Assembly (NCBI RefSeq): GCF_019669965.1
Contig: NZ_AP019781.1
Coordinates: 1,527,092-1,551,091 of the forward strand
From: Methanoculleus chikugoensis
GTDB taxonomy: Archaea; Halobacteriota; Methanomicrobia; Methanomicrobiales; Methanoculleaceae
Direction of reading: 5' to 3'
Length of the DNA stretch: 24,000 bases
Each line of letters opens with the position of its first letter. Within the stretch, counting starts at the first letter, position 1. Shown in pieces: positions 15,930 to 23,627 of this stretch. Under the pieces are notes generated by a model that worked only from the letters and a program-made list of their open reading frames with translations, searched no databases and was not told where the DNA came from. The position numbers were made by a program, and so were the translations under genes.

Positions 15930-16802
15930 TCACGTTCCAAAGAGATCCGTCGAGAGATACCGCTCGCCGGTGTCGGGGAGGATCACGACGATCATCTTCC
16001 CCTCGTACTCCCGGCGGGCGGCGACCTCACAGGCCGCATGCACAGCCGCGCCCGAAGAGATCCCGGCGAGGATCCCTTCTTCACGGGCGAGCCGGCGGCT
16101 CATCGCGAAGGCGTCCGCGGAGGCGACCCGGAGGACCTCGTCGACGAGATCGGTCCGCAGGACGCCCGGCACGAATCCGGCCCCGATCCCCTGGATACGG
16201 TGCGGTCCGGCCGCCCCGCCGGAGAGGACCGGGGACTCGGCGGGCTCGACGGCGAACGCCTTGAAGGAGGGGTTTCGTGCCTTGATGACCTCCGCGACCC
16301 CGGTGATCGTTCCGCCCGTCCCGACGCCGGCGACGACGGCGTCGACGGTCCCGTCGGTATCCCGCCAGATCTCCTCGGCCGTCGTCCGACGGTGAACGGC
16401 GGGGTTTGCCGGGTTCTCGAACTGCCGGGGCACGAAGTAGGTGTCCGGGTTCTCGGCGGCGATCCGGGCCGCACGGTCGACCGCTCCCCCCATCCCCTCG
16501 GCTCCGGGCGTGAGAACCACCTCGGCGCCAAGCGCCGCGAGGAGTTTTCGCCGCTCCACGCTCATCGTCTCGGGCATTACGAGCCTGAGCCGGTAGCCGC
16601 GGGCGGCACAGACGAACGCGAGTGCAACCCCGGTGTTGCCGCTCGTCGCCTCGACGATCGTCGTCCCCTCCCGGATCTCGCCGGTCCGCTCGGCCTCGTC
16701 GATCATCGCGACCCCGATCCGGTCTTTTACGCTCGCCATCGGGTTGAACGACTCCACCTTGGCGAGAACCGTCGCCCGGGAGCCCTCCGTCACGCGGTTC
16801 AA
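15930..16802 (-). CDS. cysK: Cysteine synthase A / O-acetylserine sulfhydrylase CysK (5' end unresolved)
   Basis: Motifs [25 protein letters not shown] and [10 protein letters not shown]. The conserved N-terminal segment [18 protein letters not shown] is encoded in frame upstream of the first canonical start (TTG at 16802). The true start probably lies near 16859. Confidence 0.85.
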   Translation of the reverse strand: MNRVTEGSRATVLAKVESFNPMASVKDRIGVAMIDEAERTGEIREGTTIVEATSGNTGVALAFVCAARGYRLRLVMPETMSVERRKLLAALGAEVVLTPGAEGMGGAVDRAARIAAENPDTYFVPRQFENPANPAVHRRTTAEEIWRDTDGTVDAVVAGVGTGGTITGVAEVIKARNPSFKAFAVEPAESPVLSGGAAGPHRIQGIGAGFVPGVLRTDLVDEVLRVASADAFAMSRRLAREEGILAGISSGAAVHAACEVAARREYEGKMIVVILPDTGERYLSTDLFGT

Positions 16803-17010
16803 CCGGACGAGCGGGGTGTTCCCGATCGTCCAGGTGATATCACGGTATATCCGTCCCGTAGGTATAGCCTCCTTCGATCATTCATATACTTGAACAGGCA
16901 GCATTCCCGCGTCTCCGGCATCCACCGCCACCTCTTCGAGCGCACGGACCTTCTCGACCGCGGCGGCGGTGGATGGGCGTGCCGGACGACGTCCTCCTTG
17001 TCGAACGCGA

Positions 17011-17277
17011 TCAGCGGCCGGCAGCCTGGATCGGCTGGATGTTGATATATGCCTCTTCCCGGTTCCGGATATCGAGGCTGCCGGTGATCTTCGTGACCAG
17101 CGGAGAGCCCGTCCCGGCCTCCAGGTCGTCGAGGGCGGCCCGGACCCGGGCGACACCCTCCCGGATCGCCTGCTCCTCGGCGGGATCCGGGCCGGTCGGG
17201 AGCGTCTCCCGGAGCACTTCGCGGATATCCTCGAGCGCGAAGAGCGCTTCGAACGTCTTCTGGATCTCTTCCTTCAT
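17011..17277 (-). CDS. Hypothetical 88-aa protein directly downstream of tRNA-Cys
   Basis: The ATG at 17277 lies 5 nt after the tRNA 3' end. GC-rich third codon positions look coding. No family was recognised. The track ORF (to 17361) has an N-terminal extension that overlaps the tRNA and is spurious. Confidence 0.4.
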   Translation of the reverse strand: MKEEIQKTFEALFALEDIREVLRETLPTGPDPAEEQAIREGVARVRAALDDLEAGTGSPLVTKITGSLDIRNREEAYINIQPIQAAGR

Positions 17278-17281
17278 GGAG

Positions 17282-17353
17282 AGCCGAAACCCGGAGTCGA
17301 ACCGGGATGGAGTTGATCTGCAGTCAACCGCGTAGCCGTTCCGCCACCTCGGC
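17282..17353 (-). tRNA. tRNA-Cys (anticodon GCA)
   Basis: Manual cloverleaf of 72 nt. Acceptor stem GCCGAGG/UUUCGGC (two G-U pairs). Anticodon stem GUUGA/UCAAC with loop CU-GCA-GA. T arm CCCGG-UUCGACU-CCGGG. Discriminator U73, as expected for tRNA-Cys. No encoded CCA. Confidence 0.9.
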
Positions 17354-17364
17354 AAAGGCATGAA

Positions 17365-17378
17365 TTAACAATTGTTAA
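17365..17378. promoter_or_regulatory. Operator site D: perfect TTAACAATTGTTAA (16-bp palindrome ATTAACAATTGTTAAT at 17364-17379)
   Basis: Read directly. It begins 12 nt upstream of the tRNA-Cys 5' end. Confidence 0.65.
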
Positions 17379-17393
17379 TCTTGCGCAGAGTAG

Positions 17394-17407
17394 TTAACAA
17401 TTGTGAA
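17394..17407. promoter_or_regulatory. Operator site E: TTAACAATTGTGAA (13/14 match), abutting the TATA-like ATATTTATAC (17408-17417)
   Basis: Read directly. Its centre lies 29 bp from the centre of site D. On the minus strand the order is TATA box, site E, site D, tRNA-Cys. Confidence 0.6.
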
Positions 17408-17929
17408 TATTTATACCTTCGGGTCACGCTGGCTGTCGGGCATTCGCCGCGGAACCGTTCCTGGCATGCTGCAGTCACCCGGACATTGGTTGGCCGCCGG
17501 GTTCTCAGCCACCAGCATCTCAATACCAGTCACGGCGCAGAGGAATCGTGACCGTTGCGAAGAAGGGACACGAACTTCAGCACAGAGCGGTGGAACCGGT
17601 CGTGCCCATCCCGGCGGTCAATCTCTTCCGGCTGTAACGCTCGCGTCGGAAAACCGACCACGGTTTCCCGGCCGCTGATAGCGTTCCAGTCCCCGATCCG
17701 TGAGCATCCCGGATCAGCCCTCCGCACAGGTGAACCCGCAGTTATGTGGCGTCGCCGCCGATCTTAACGTTGTAATACCGTGGAGTTGCCACTGCGCACG
17801 ATGCCCTCCCGCAACGGCAGCAGGAAACCCGGTACCCCGAAAAAACCGACCATCTCCTGAGAAACGTATATATCTGTGGTGATGGATATTCCGCACGAAC
17901 CTGCAGACGCACCGGGGCATGGAGAGAGC

Positions 17930-18958
17930 ATGACAACAGGGCTTATCGACGATAGGGAAACATGGGACACATTTGTAGACGAAAGCGCCTCCGGCCGCCT
18001 CTTCCACAAATGGGACTTCATGAAGATAACGGAGAAGCATACCGGCTTTCGGTTCCTCCCCTACGGAGTCTTCAAGGGCAACGAGCTGATCGCCGTCATG
18101 CCGCTCTTCCAGAAGCAGCTGCACAGGGTCAACGTCCTCCTCTCCCCACCCCCGCTCCAGTCGGTGGTGCCGTACCTCGGGTTCGTCATGGGCCGCCGTT
18201 ACGACACTGCCAAGCAGAGCAAGAAGGAATCGATGCTCAAACTGGTTGGTGACGATCTGGAGAGCGAGTTTGCGGCCCTGGCCCCGAACTACCTCTCCAT
18301 AACCCAGGTTCCGGGTTTCATCGATGTTCGACGGTTTCTCAGGGAGGGATACCAGACCCGGCTCCATTTCACCTACCTGATCGCCCTCGATCCGCCGCTC
18401 GACGAGATCTGGAATAGCTTCTCCTCCAACCTCCGGACAAAACTGCGAAAGGTCGAGAAGAACGGCTACCGCCTCGAGAAGAGCACCGACATCTCGATCT
18501 TCTACTCCACGGTCGCGGAGCGGTTCAGCGACCCCGAGATGAGCATCCCGATGATCAGCCGCGCCTACTTCGAGGAACTCTTCCGGGCATACCCCGACGA
18601 ACTCGGGCTCTACTACCTCTACGACGACGAAGGCGCCGTAACAGGCGTGCAGGCAACCCAGGAATACAAGGCCTTCACCCTCTGGATGGGAGCACCGAAG
18701 ATGACCGCGATGCCCGGCAACGAGTTCCTGCAGTGGCTGCTCCTCCAGCAGGCAAAGCATGCGGGGTACCGCCACATGGAGAACGTCGGGGCGAACAACG
18801 AGAACCTGAACCTCTTCAAGTCCAAGTTCAATCCCTCGCTCACCCTCTTTCTAGAGGTGAGCCAGGAGGACTTCATCGGCAGGGTTGCCCGATGGGCCTA
18901 CAGTACCATCGCGAGCAAGAGTCCGATGAAGCGCAAAGTCCTCTCCTACATCGAATGA
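17930..18958 (+). CDS. FemAB-like GNAT acyltransferase (Acetyltransf_6/BioF2-like domain)
   Basis: The ORF has FemAB-like GNAT features (WDFMKI..., LYYLYDDEGAVTGVQ..., LNLFKSKFNP). The ATG at 17930 is preferred because the TATA-like CGTATATATC at 17866-17875 would put the TSS downstream of the track start at 17876. Confidence 0.65.
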   Translation: MTTGLIDDRETWDTFVDESASGRLFHKWDFMKITEKHTGFRFLPYGVFKGNELIAVMPLFQKQLHRVNVLLSPPPLQSVVPYLGFVMGRRYDTAKQSKKESMLKLVGDDLESEFAALAPNYLSITQVPGFIDVRRFLREGYQTRLHFTYLIALDPPLDEIWNSFSSNLRTKLRKVEKNGYRLEKSTDISIFYSTVAERFSDPEMSIPMISRAYFEELFRAYPDELGLYYLYDDEGAVTGVQATQEYKAFTLWMGAPKMTAMPGNEFLQWLLLQQAKHAGYRHMENVGANNENLNLFKSKFNPSLTLFLEVSQEDFIGRVARWAYSTIASKSPMKRKVLSYIE

Positions 18959-19323
18959 CAGGGCGTGCCCCCTCATCGCCCCGTCTCTTCCCGGCCATCA
19001 AACCGGATCAGCGCCGGGGCATCGGATATCCTGCCGGGCGATCGTAAGAGCGCTGCCGGTCCTCTCCCTGTACTCCTGCACGAGGTAGGCGGTGCGGTTG
19101 CGGTAGGTCCGGTCACGGGTGATGAAGATCAGGTCTTCCTCCCACTGGATATCGCGGTGAACGCCCGGGCAACCGGGTCGGCGGCGAGTGCAGCGACCGC
19201 CCAACCATATGGCGTCAACTCGAAATCGGGAGAGTTTTTTTTCTTTTCCCTGAAACGTCGTATCAACACCGAATCAAAATGCTTAAGATATATATCGACC
19301 ATCCCTCAACAATAGGGTGGTGC

Positions 19324-22119
19324 ATGTATCGTATCCTCGTAGTCGATGACGAACCGACGCTTCTTGGACTGAACCGGATCTACCTGGAGCAGTCCGGAGA
19401 CATGCAGGTCGAGACGACGTCGTCACCGCTGCAGGCTCTCGATATGCTCTCGGAAGCCCCCTACGACGCTATCGTTGCCGACTACGAGATGCCGGAGATG
19501 GACGGTATCACACTCTTAAAGGAGGTCCGCCGCAGGGGCCTTTTTATACCGTTCATCGTCTTCTCCGGCCGCGGCCGCGAAGAGGTCATCATCGAGGCGC
19601 TCAACAACGGGGCGGACTTCTACCTCCAGAAAGGCGGCAACCCCTCCGCACAGTTTGCCGAACTCCAGAACATGATTCTCCAGGCAGTCCGGAGAAAAAA
19701 AGCCGAGGAGGAGGTACAGCGGGCCGGGGACCTGTACCGGAGCGTCTTCGAGCATACCAGCTCCGCCACCATCATCATCGAGGGAGACATGACGATCTCC
19801 CTCATAAACAGCGAGGCCGCCCGCCTTTCCGGCTATTCCCGGGAAGAAGTGGAAGGGAAGATCTCCTGGACAACCTTCGTCGCTCCCGAAGACCTGGAGC
19901 GGCTGGTGAGTTACCACCGGCAGCGGCGGACTGAACCCGACTCGATGCCGGGCACCTATGAGTTCCGGCTGGTCGACCGACAGGGCAGACGGAAAGATAT
20001 GCACCTGACGATCGGTTCCATCCCGGGAACGGACCGCTTTGTTGCGTCGATGATCGATGTCACCGACCGGAAACGGTTCGAGGAAGATCTGAACGCGGCG
20101 CACGAGGAGATGACCGCGGCGTTCGAGGAGGCGAGAGCAGGGCAGGAGGCGCTTGAGGCACAGTGCCGCGAGATGGAGAATTACCAGGCAAACCTCCGGG
20201 GCATCATAAACTTCCTTCCCGACCCGACGTTTGTGCTTGACCGCGCGGGGAAGGTCACCATCTGGAACCGGGCAATCGAAGAGGTGACCGGGGTCACAAA
20301 GAGCCGGATCATCGGAGCGGGGCTGGAAGCCGTCTGCAAGGCGGTGCCCGGACTCCGGTCCCCGCTGGTGGCGGAGACCGTCCTCTCCCGGTTGGGCGGT
20401 GAGAGCATCGCACGGGAAGTCCATATCACTTCTCCTCGCACGGGGGAGGAAGTCTGCCTCTGGGCGAAAGCATCGCCGCTCTACGATGCGCAGGGACGGC
20501 TCTCCGGGGCAATCGAGTCTCTGCGGGACATCACCGAGTCAAAACGGATGGAAGCGCAGATCCAGCACCGGGTAGACCTCGAACAGGTGGTAAGTTCGAT
20601 CTCCACGAAGTTCATCGGCCTCGATCCGGCAGACCTCGACGGCACTCTCGAAGAGGCGCTCCGGGTGCTCGGGTTGTTCCTCGATGTCGACCGGAGTTAC
20701 ATCTTCCGCTTCTCCCCCGACCTCACCAGCGCAGAGAACACCCACGAGTGGTGTGCGGAGGGGGTAGAGCCGCAGATAGACGTGCTGCAGAACCTGCCCG
20801 CCGGCGTGATCTCCTGGGGAATGGAGCAGATCAAGGCACGGAAGTCGATCTGCATCCCCGATATCGCCGATCTCCCACAGGAGGCAGCGGCGGAGCGCGA
20901 CTTTCTCCGGGGGTACGGAGTTATGTCGGTCATCCTAGTGCCGATCGCGACCGCCGGCGAGATCCTCGGGGTCGTCGGGTTTGAGACCACCCGCAAGGCG
21001 CGGCCCTGGTCGGACGAGGACTACACGCTGCTTGAGATCGTCGGCAACCTCTTTGCCGACCTTTTCTCGCGGATTCGCGCCCAGGAGAGACTGCGCGAGA
21101 GCGAAGAACGGTTCAGGAGCCTCGTGGAGCGGTCGCACGACTGCTACATCCGTGCTACGACGAAGCCGCAGGCAATCGAGTACATCAGCCCCTCGTGCGA
21201 GAGTCTGACCGGGTACACCCGGGAGGAGATCCTGGGCGATCCGGGGTTCATCAGGCAGTTGATCCACCCCGACGACCGGAAGACGTTCTTTGCCCTGCTC
21301 CAGGAACGGGACGCAACCGCCCGTCAGCCGTACGTCTTCCGGATACGCCGGAAGGACGGGCTCTACATCTGGGTTGAGGCCTGCACGATCCCCGTTTACG
21401 GGAACGAAGGACGCCCGGTTGGAATCGACTACGCAATCCACGACATCGACGCCTGGAAGCAGACCGAGGCGGCGCTCATCCAGGCCAACAAGAAACTCAC
21501 CCTGATGAACAGCATCGTGCGGCATGATATCCTGAACCAGGTCACGGTGGTGCTCGGGCATATCGCCCTCCTCCGGGACCAGCCGCTCGATCCGGCCGTC
21601 GCCGACGCCCTCGGGAAGCAGCAGGCCGCGATCGAGATAATACGGTCGCAGATTGGGTTCACGCGAGATTACCAGGATCTCGGCGTCCGGGCTCCCCAGT
21701 GGTTCCTCGTCGAGCCCCTGGTCACGGGGGCCTCAAAAGCCCTTCGGCCGATCGGGATCCGGATCTCCACCGACCTCAACGGACTCTCCGTCTATGCCGA
21801 CCCGCTCCTCTCGTCCGTCTTCTTCAACCTCCTGGAGAATGCCGTGCGGCACGGCAGGACGGTGACCGAGATCCGCGTCACGGCCGTGCCGGACGGCGGC
21901 GGTGCCCGGATAGTCTGGGAGGATAACGGCGTCGGCGTCCCTGCAGAGCACAAGGAGCGGATATTTGAGCGGGGATTCGGGAGCCACACGGGGCTCGGGC
22001 TCTTCCTGGTGAAAGAAGTTCTCTCGATCACCGGGATCGCCATCCGGGAGACGGGCGAGCCCGGGAGAGGGGCGCGGTTCGAGATGGCGGTCCCGGAGGA
22101 GCACGTCCGGTACAGGTGA
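19324..22119 (+). CDS. Hybrid sensor histidine kinase: REC - PAS repeats - GAF - PAS - HK core
   Basis: N-terminal receiver (MYRILVVDDEP...DAIVADYEMPEMDG), several PAS-like blocks, a GAF-like block (about 20560-21060), an H-box region (IVRHDILNQ) and HATPase_c motifs (NLLENAVRHG, DNGVGV, GLGLFLVKE). The ATG at 19324 lies downstream of the TATA-like AAGATATATAT. Confidence 0.85.
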   Translation: MYRILVVDDEPTLLGLNRIYLEQSGDMQVETTSSPLQALDMLSEAPYDAIVADYEMPEMDGITLLKEVRRRGLFIPFIVFSGRGREEVIIEALNNGADFYLQKGGNPSAQFAELQNMILQAVRRKKAEEEVQRAGDLYRSVFEHTSSATIIIEGDMTISLINSEAARLSGYSREEVEGKISWTTFVAPEDLERLVSYHRQRRTEPDSMPGTYEFRLVDRQGRRKDMHLTIGSIPGTDRFVASMIDVTDRKRFEEDLNAAHEEMTAAFEEARAGQEALEAQCREMENYQANLRGIINFLPDPTFVLDRAGKVTIWNRAIEEVTGVTKSRIIGAGLEAVCKAVPGLRSPLVAETVLSRLGGESIAREVHITSPRTGEEVCLWAKASPLYDAQGRLSGAIESLRDITESKRMEAQIQHRVDLEQVVSSISTKFIGLDPADLDGTLEEALRVLGLFLDVDRSYIFRFSPDLTSAENTHEWCAEGVEPQIDVLQNLPAGVISWGMEQIKARKSICIPDIADLPQEAAAERDFLRGYGVMSVILVPIATAGEILGVVGFETTRKARPWSDEDYTLLEIVGNLFADLFSRIRAQERLRESEERFRSLVERSHDCYIRATTKPQAIEYISPSCESLTGYTREEILGDPGFIRQLIHPDDRKTFFALLQERDATARQPYVFRIRRKDGLYIWVEACTIPVYGNEGRPVGIDYAIHDIDAWKQTEAALIQANKKLTLMNSIVRHDILNQVTVVLGHIALLRDQPLDPAVADALGKQQAAIEIIRSQIGFTRDYQDLGVRAPQWFLVEPLVTGASKALRPIGIRISTDLNGLSVYADPLLSSVFFNLLENAVRHGRTVTEIRVTAVPDGGGARIVWEDNGVGVPAEHKERIFERGFGSHTGLGLFLVKEVLSITGIAIRETGEPGRGARFEMAVPEEHVRYR

Positions 22120-22152
22120 AGCGGCCGGAGCGGTTCAACGATACGACAGTTG

Positions 22153-22186
22153 AGAAAACCCCAAAAAAGACGAGCGGCAGGTCTTC
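22153..22186 (-). terminator. Hairpin plus oligo-T terminator for the minus-strand NEW3-domain gene
   Basis: The minus strand, just after the stop at 22190, reads GAAGAC-CTGCCGCTC-GTCTTTTTTGGGGTTTTC. This is a 5-bp stem followed by a T6 run and a further T4 run. Confidence 0.5.
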
Positions 22187-22189
22187 GTC

Positions 22190-23623
22190 CTACCGCCGCC
22201 CGTATTTCCTGAACATATACCAGAGCCCCGCACCGATCCCGGCCATCACCAGGATGCCGAGCACCGCGACGTAGGACTGTTCCTTCACCACGACCCGGTA
22301 TTCGTCCTCCTCTTCGTCCTGATCGCTTTTTACCAGCGCGACGACCTTGTATTCGCCAGCGACGATGTCGGCCGGCGGGATCACCGTCACCTGCACCGTC
22401 GCCCGTTCGCCGGCCTCAAGGCTCGCGACCGATGCCGGGTCGACGGTCACCCGCCACCCTTCCGGTGCGCTCATGTTGATCCCGATGTTTGTCAGCGCTC
22501 CCCCGACACCGGCGTTCGTTACCGTCATAGCAAACGTGAGAGTGTCGCCGCGGTTGATCTCGTGGCGGTAACTCTTCGCGTAAGTCCGCAGGTCGTAGGA
22601 CCCCCGGAGCCGGAGCGTCAGGTCTTCCTCGTACTGCCGGGCAGAGGATCCGATCACCGCCGTGAAGTTGTACTCGCCGACATCTACCGAGTAGGGCGGG
22701 ATGAGATCGAGATACAGGGTCTTCTCCTCGCCTGACGGGACGTAGATCTCCGAGACCTCTTCGGTGGCGCCGCTGCTCTCCTTGAACCGGGCATACCACT
22801 GCTCGGGGAGGCCCTCGACGGAGAGAGTGTAGGTATCGTCGTTTCTGCCCGTGTTCTTCAGGGTCATCTCATACTGCGGGTTCGAGCCGATCGCCACGAT
22901 CCTGGATGGGGACTTCACCCGAACCTCGGCAAAGAAGTTCTCTTTCTCGAGCGGCACGATCCCGAGGTCGACCGTCTGGCCGATCCGGATCTCGACATTC
23001 TTCTTTTCCCATGCCCGATACCCGGGCCGGGTGACCTTTACAGTGTAGGTGCCCATCGGGGCGCCGATGGAGACCTTGCCTTCGGCGGTCGCAAGCATCC
23101 CCTCGATCCTGGTATCACGGTCGTAAAGGCCGACGTCGGCACCCTTCACCACGTTACCTTCCTTATCCACCACGGTGGCTTCAAGCGTTCCCACTTCACC
23201 GCTGTGCGTCTTCGTGATCTTGACGTAGACCCAGATCGTGCCTTCGCCGATACCCACCCGGATGGGGTACTCCCCCACCGCGGCATGGCCGGAGGTCTCG
23301 GCCACCAGGCGGACGGTCTTCGTCTCGCCGGCCGGGATCAGCATCCGGTAGACCTCGCGATCATCGGCCTCGAACCGGATCTTCCAGTTGTCGGTGCCGC
23401 GGAACGTCCAGTAGTTGAGGAGGCACGTCCCGATATCGCCGCGGTTCGTGACCGCAAGGTCGAATACGGCGGTGTCGCCCGCCTCGATCACCTCGCCGGG
23501 GAAGTTGCACCGGATCTCCGTCTGCATCGTCCCGCCCTGTGCGGCGGTCGCTCCCGGGACGGCGGCCGAAGCGGCGAAGAAGAGCGCGAGGAGGAGGCAT
23601 AGTGGGGATATTCTGCCGGTCAT
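22190..23623 (-). CDS. Secreted, C-terminally membrane-anchored protein with NEW3/COG1470-like and CarboxypepD_reg-like beta-sandwich domains
   Basis: Signal peptide MTGRISPLCLLLALFFAASAAVPGATA. Repeated beta-rich domains (e.g. ATVVDKEGNVVKGADVGLYD...). C-terminal TM helix VAVLGILVMAGIGAGLWYMF followed by RKYGRR. Family assignment is approximate. Confidence 0.65.
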   Translation of the reverse strand: MTGRISPLCLLLALFFAASAAVPGATAAQGGTMQTEIRCNFPGEVIEAGDTAVFDLAVTNRGDIGTCLLNYWTFRGTDNWKIRFEADDREVYRMLIPAGETKTVRLVAETSGHAAVGEYPIRVGIGEGTIWVYVKITKTHSGEVGTLEATVVDKEGNVVKGADVGLYDRDTRIEGMLATAEGKVSIGAPMGTYTVKVTRPGYRAWEKKNVEIRIGQTVDLGIVPLEKENFFAEVRVKSPSRIVAIGSNPQYEMTLKNTGRNDDTYTLSVEGLPEQWYARFKESSGATEEVSEIYVPSGEEKTLYLDLIPPYSVDVGEYNFTAVIGSSARQYEEDLTLRLRGSYDLRTYAKSYRHEINRGDTLTFAMTVTNAGVGGALTNIGINMSAPEGWRVTVDPASVASLEAGERATVQVTVIPPADIVAGEYKVVALVKSDQDEEEDEYRVVVKEQSYVAVLGILVMAGIGAGLWYMFRKYGRR

Positions 23624-23627
23624 CGTC

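Noticed and set aside
16884-16897. TTCAAGTATATGAA upstream of cysK, resembling the outer arms (TTCA...TGAA) of the operator variants
   Set aside because: Only 5 of 7 positions pair and the CAATTG core is absent. It is better explained as the cysK TATA box (AAGTATATGA).
17278-17361. N-terminal 28 codons of the track ORF 17011-17361
   Set aside because: This stretch is fully explained by the tRNA-Cys gene on the same strand. The protein-like sequence begins at the internal ATG at 17277.
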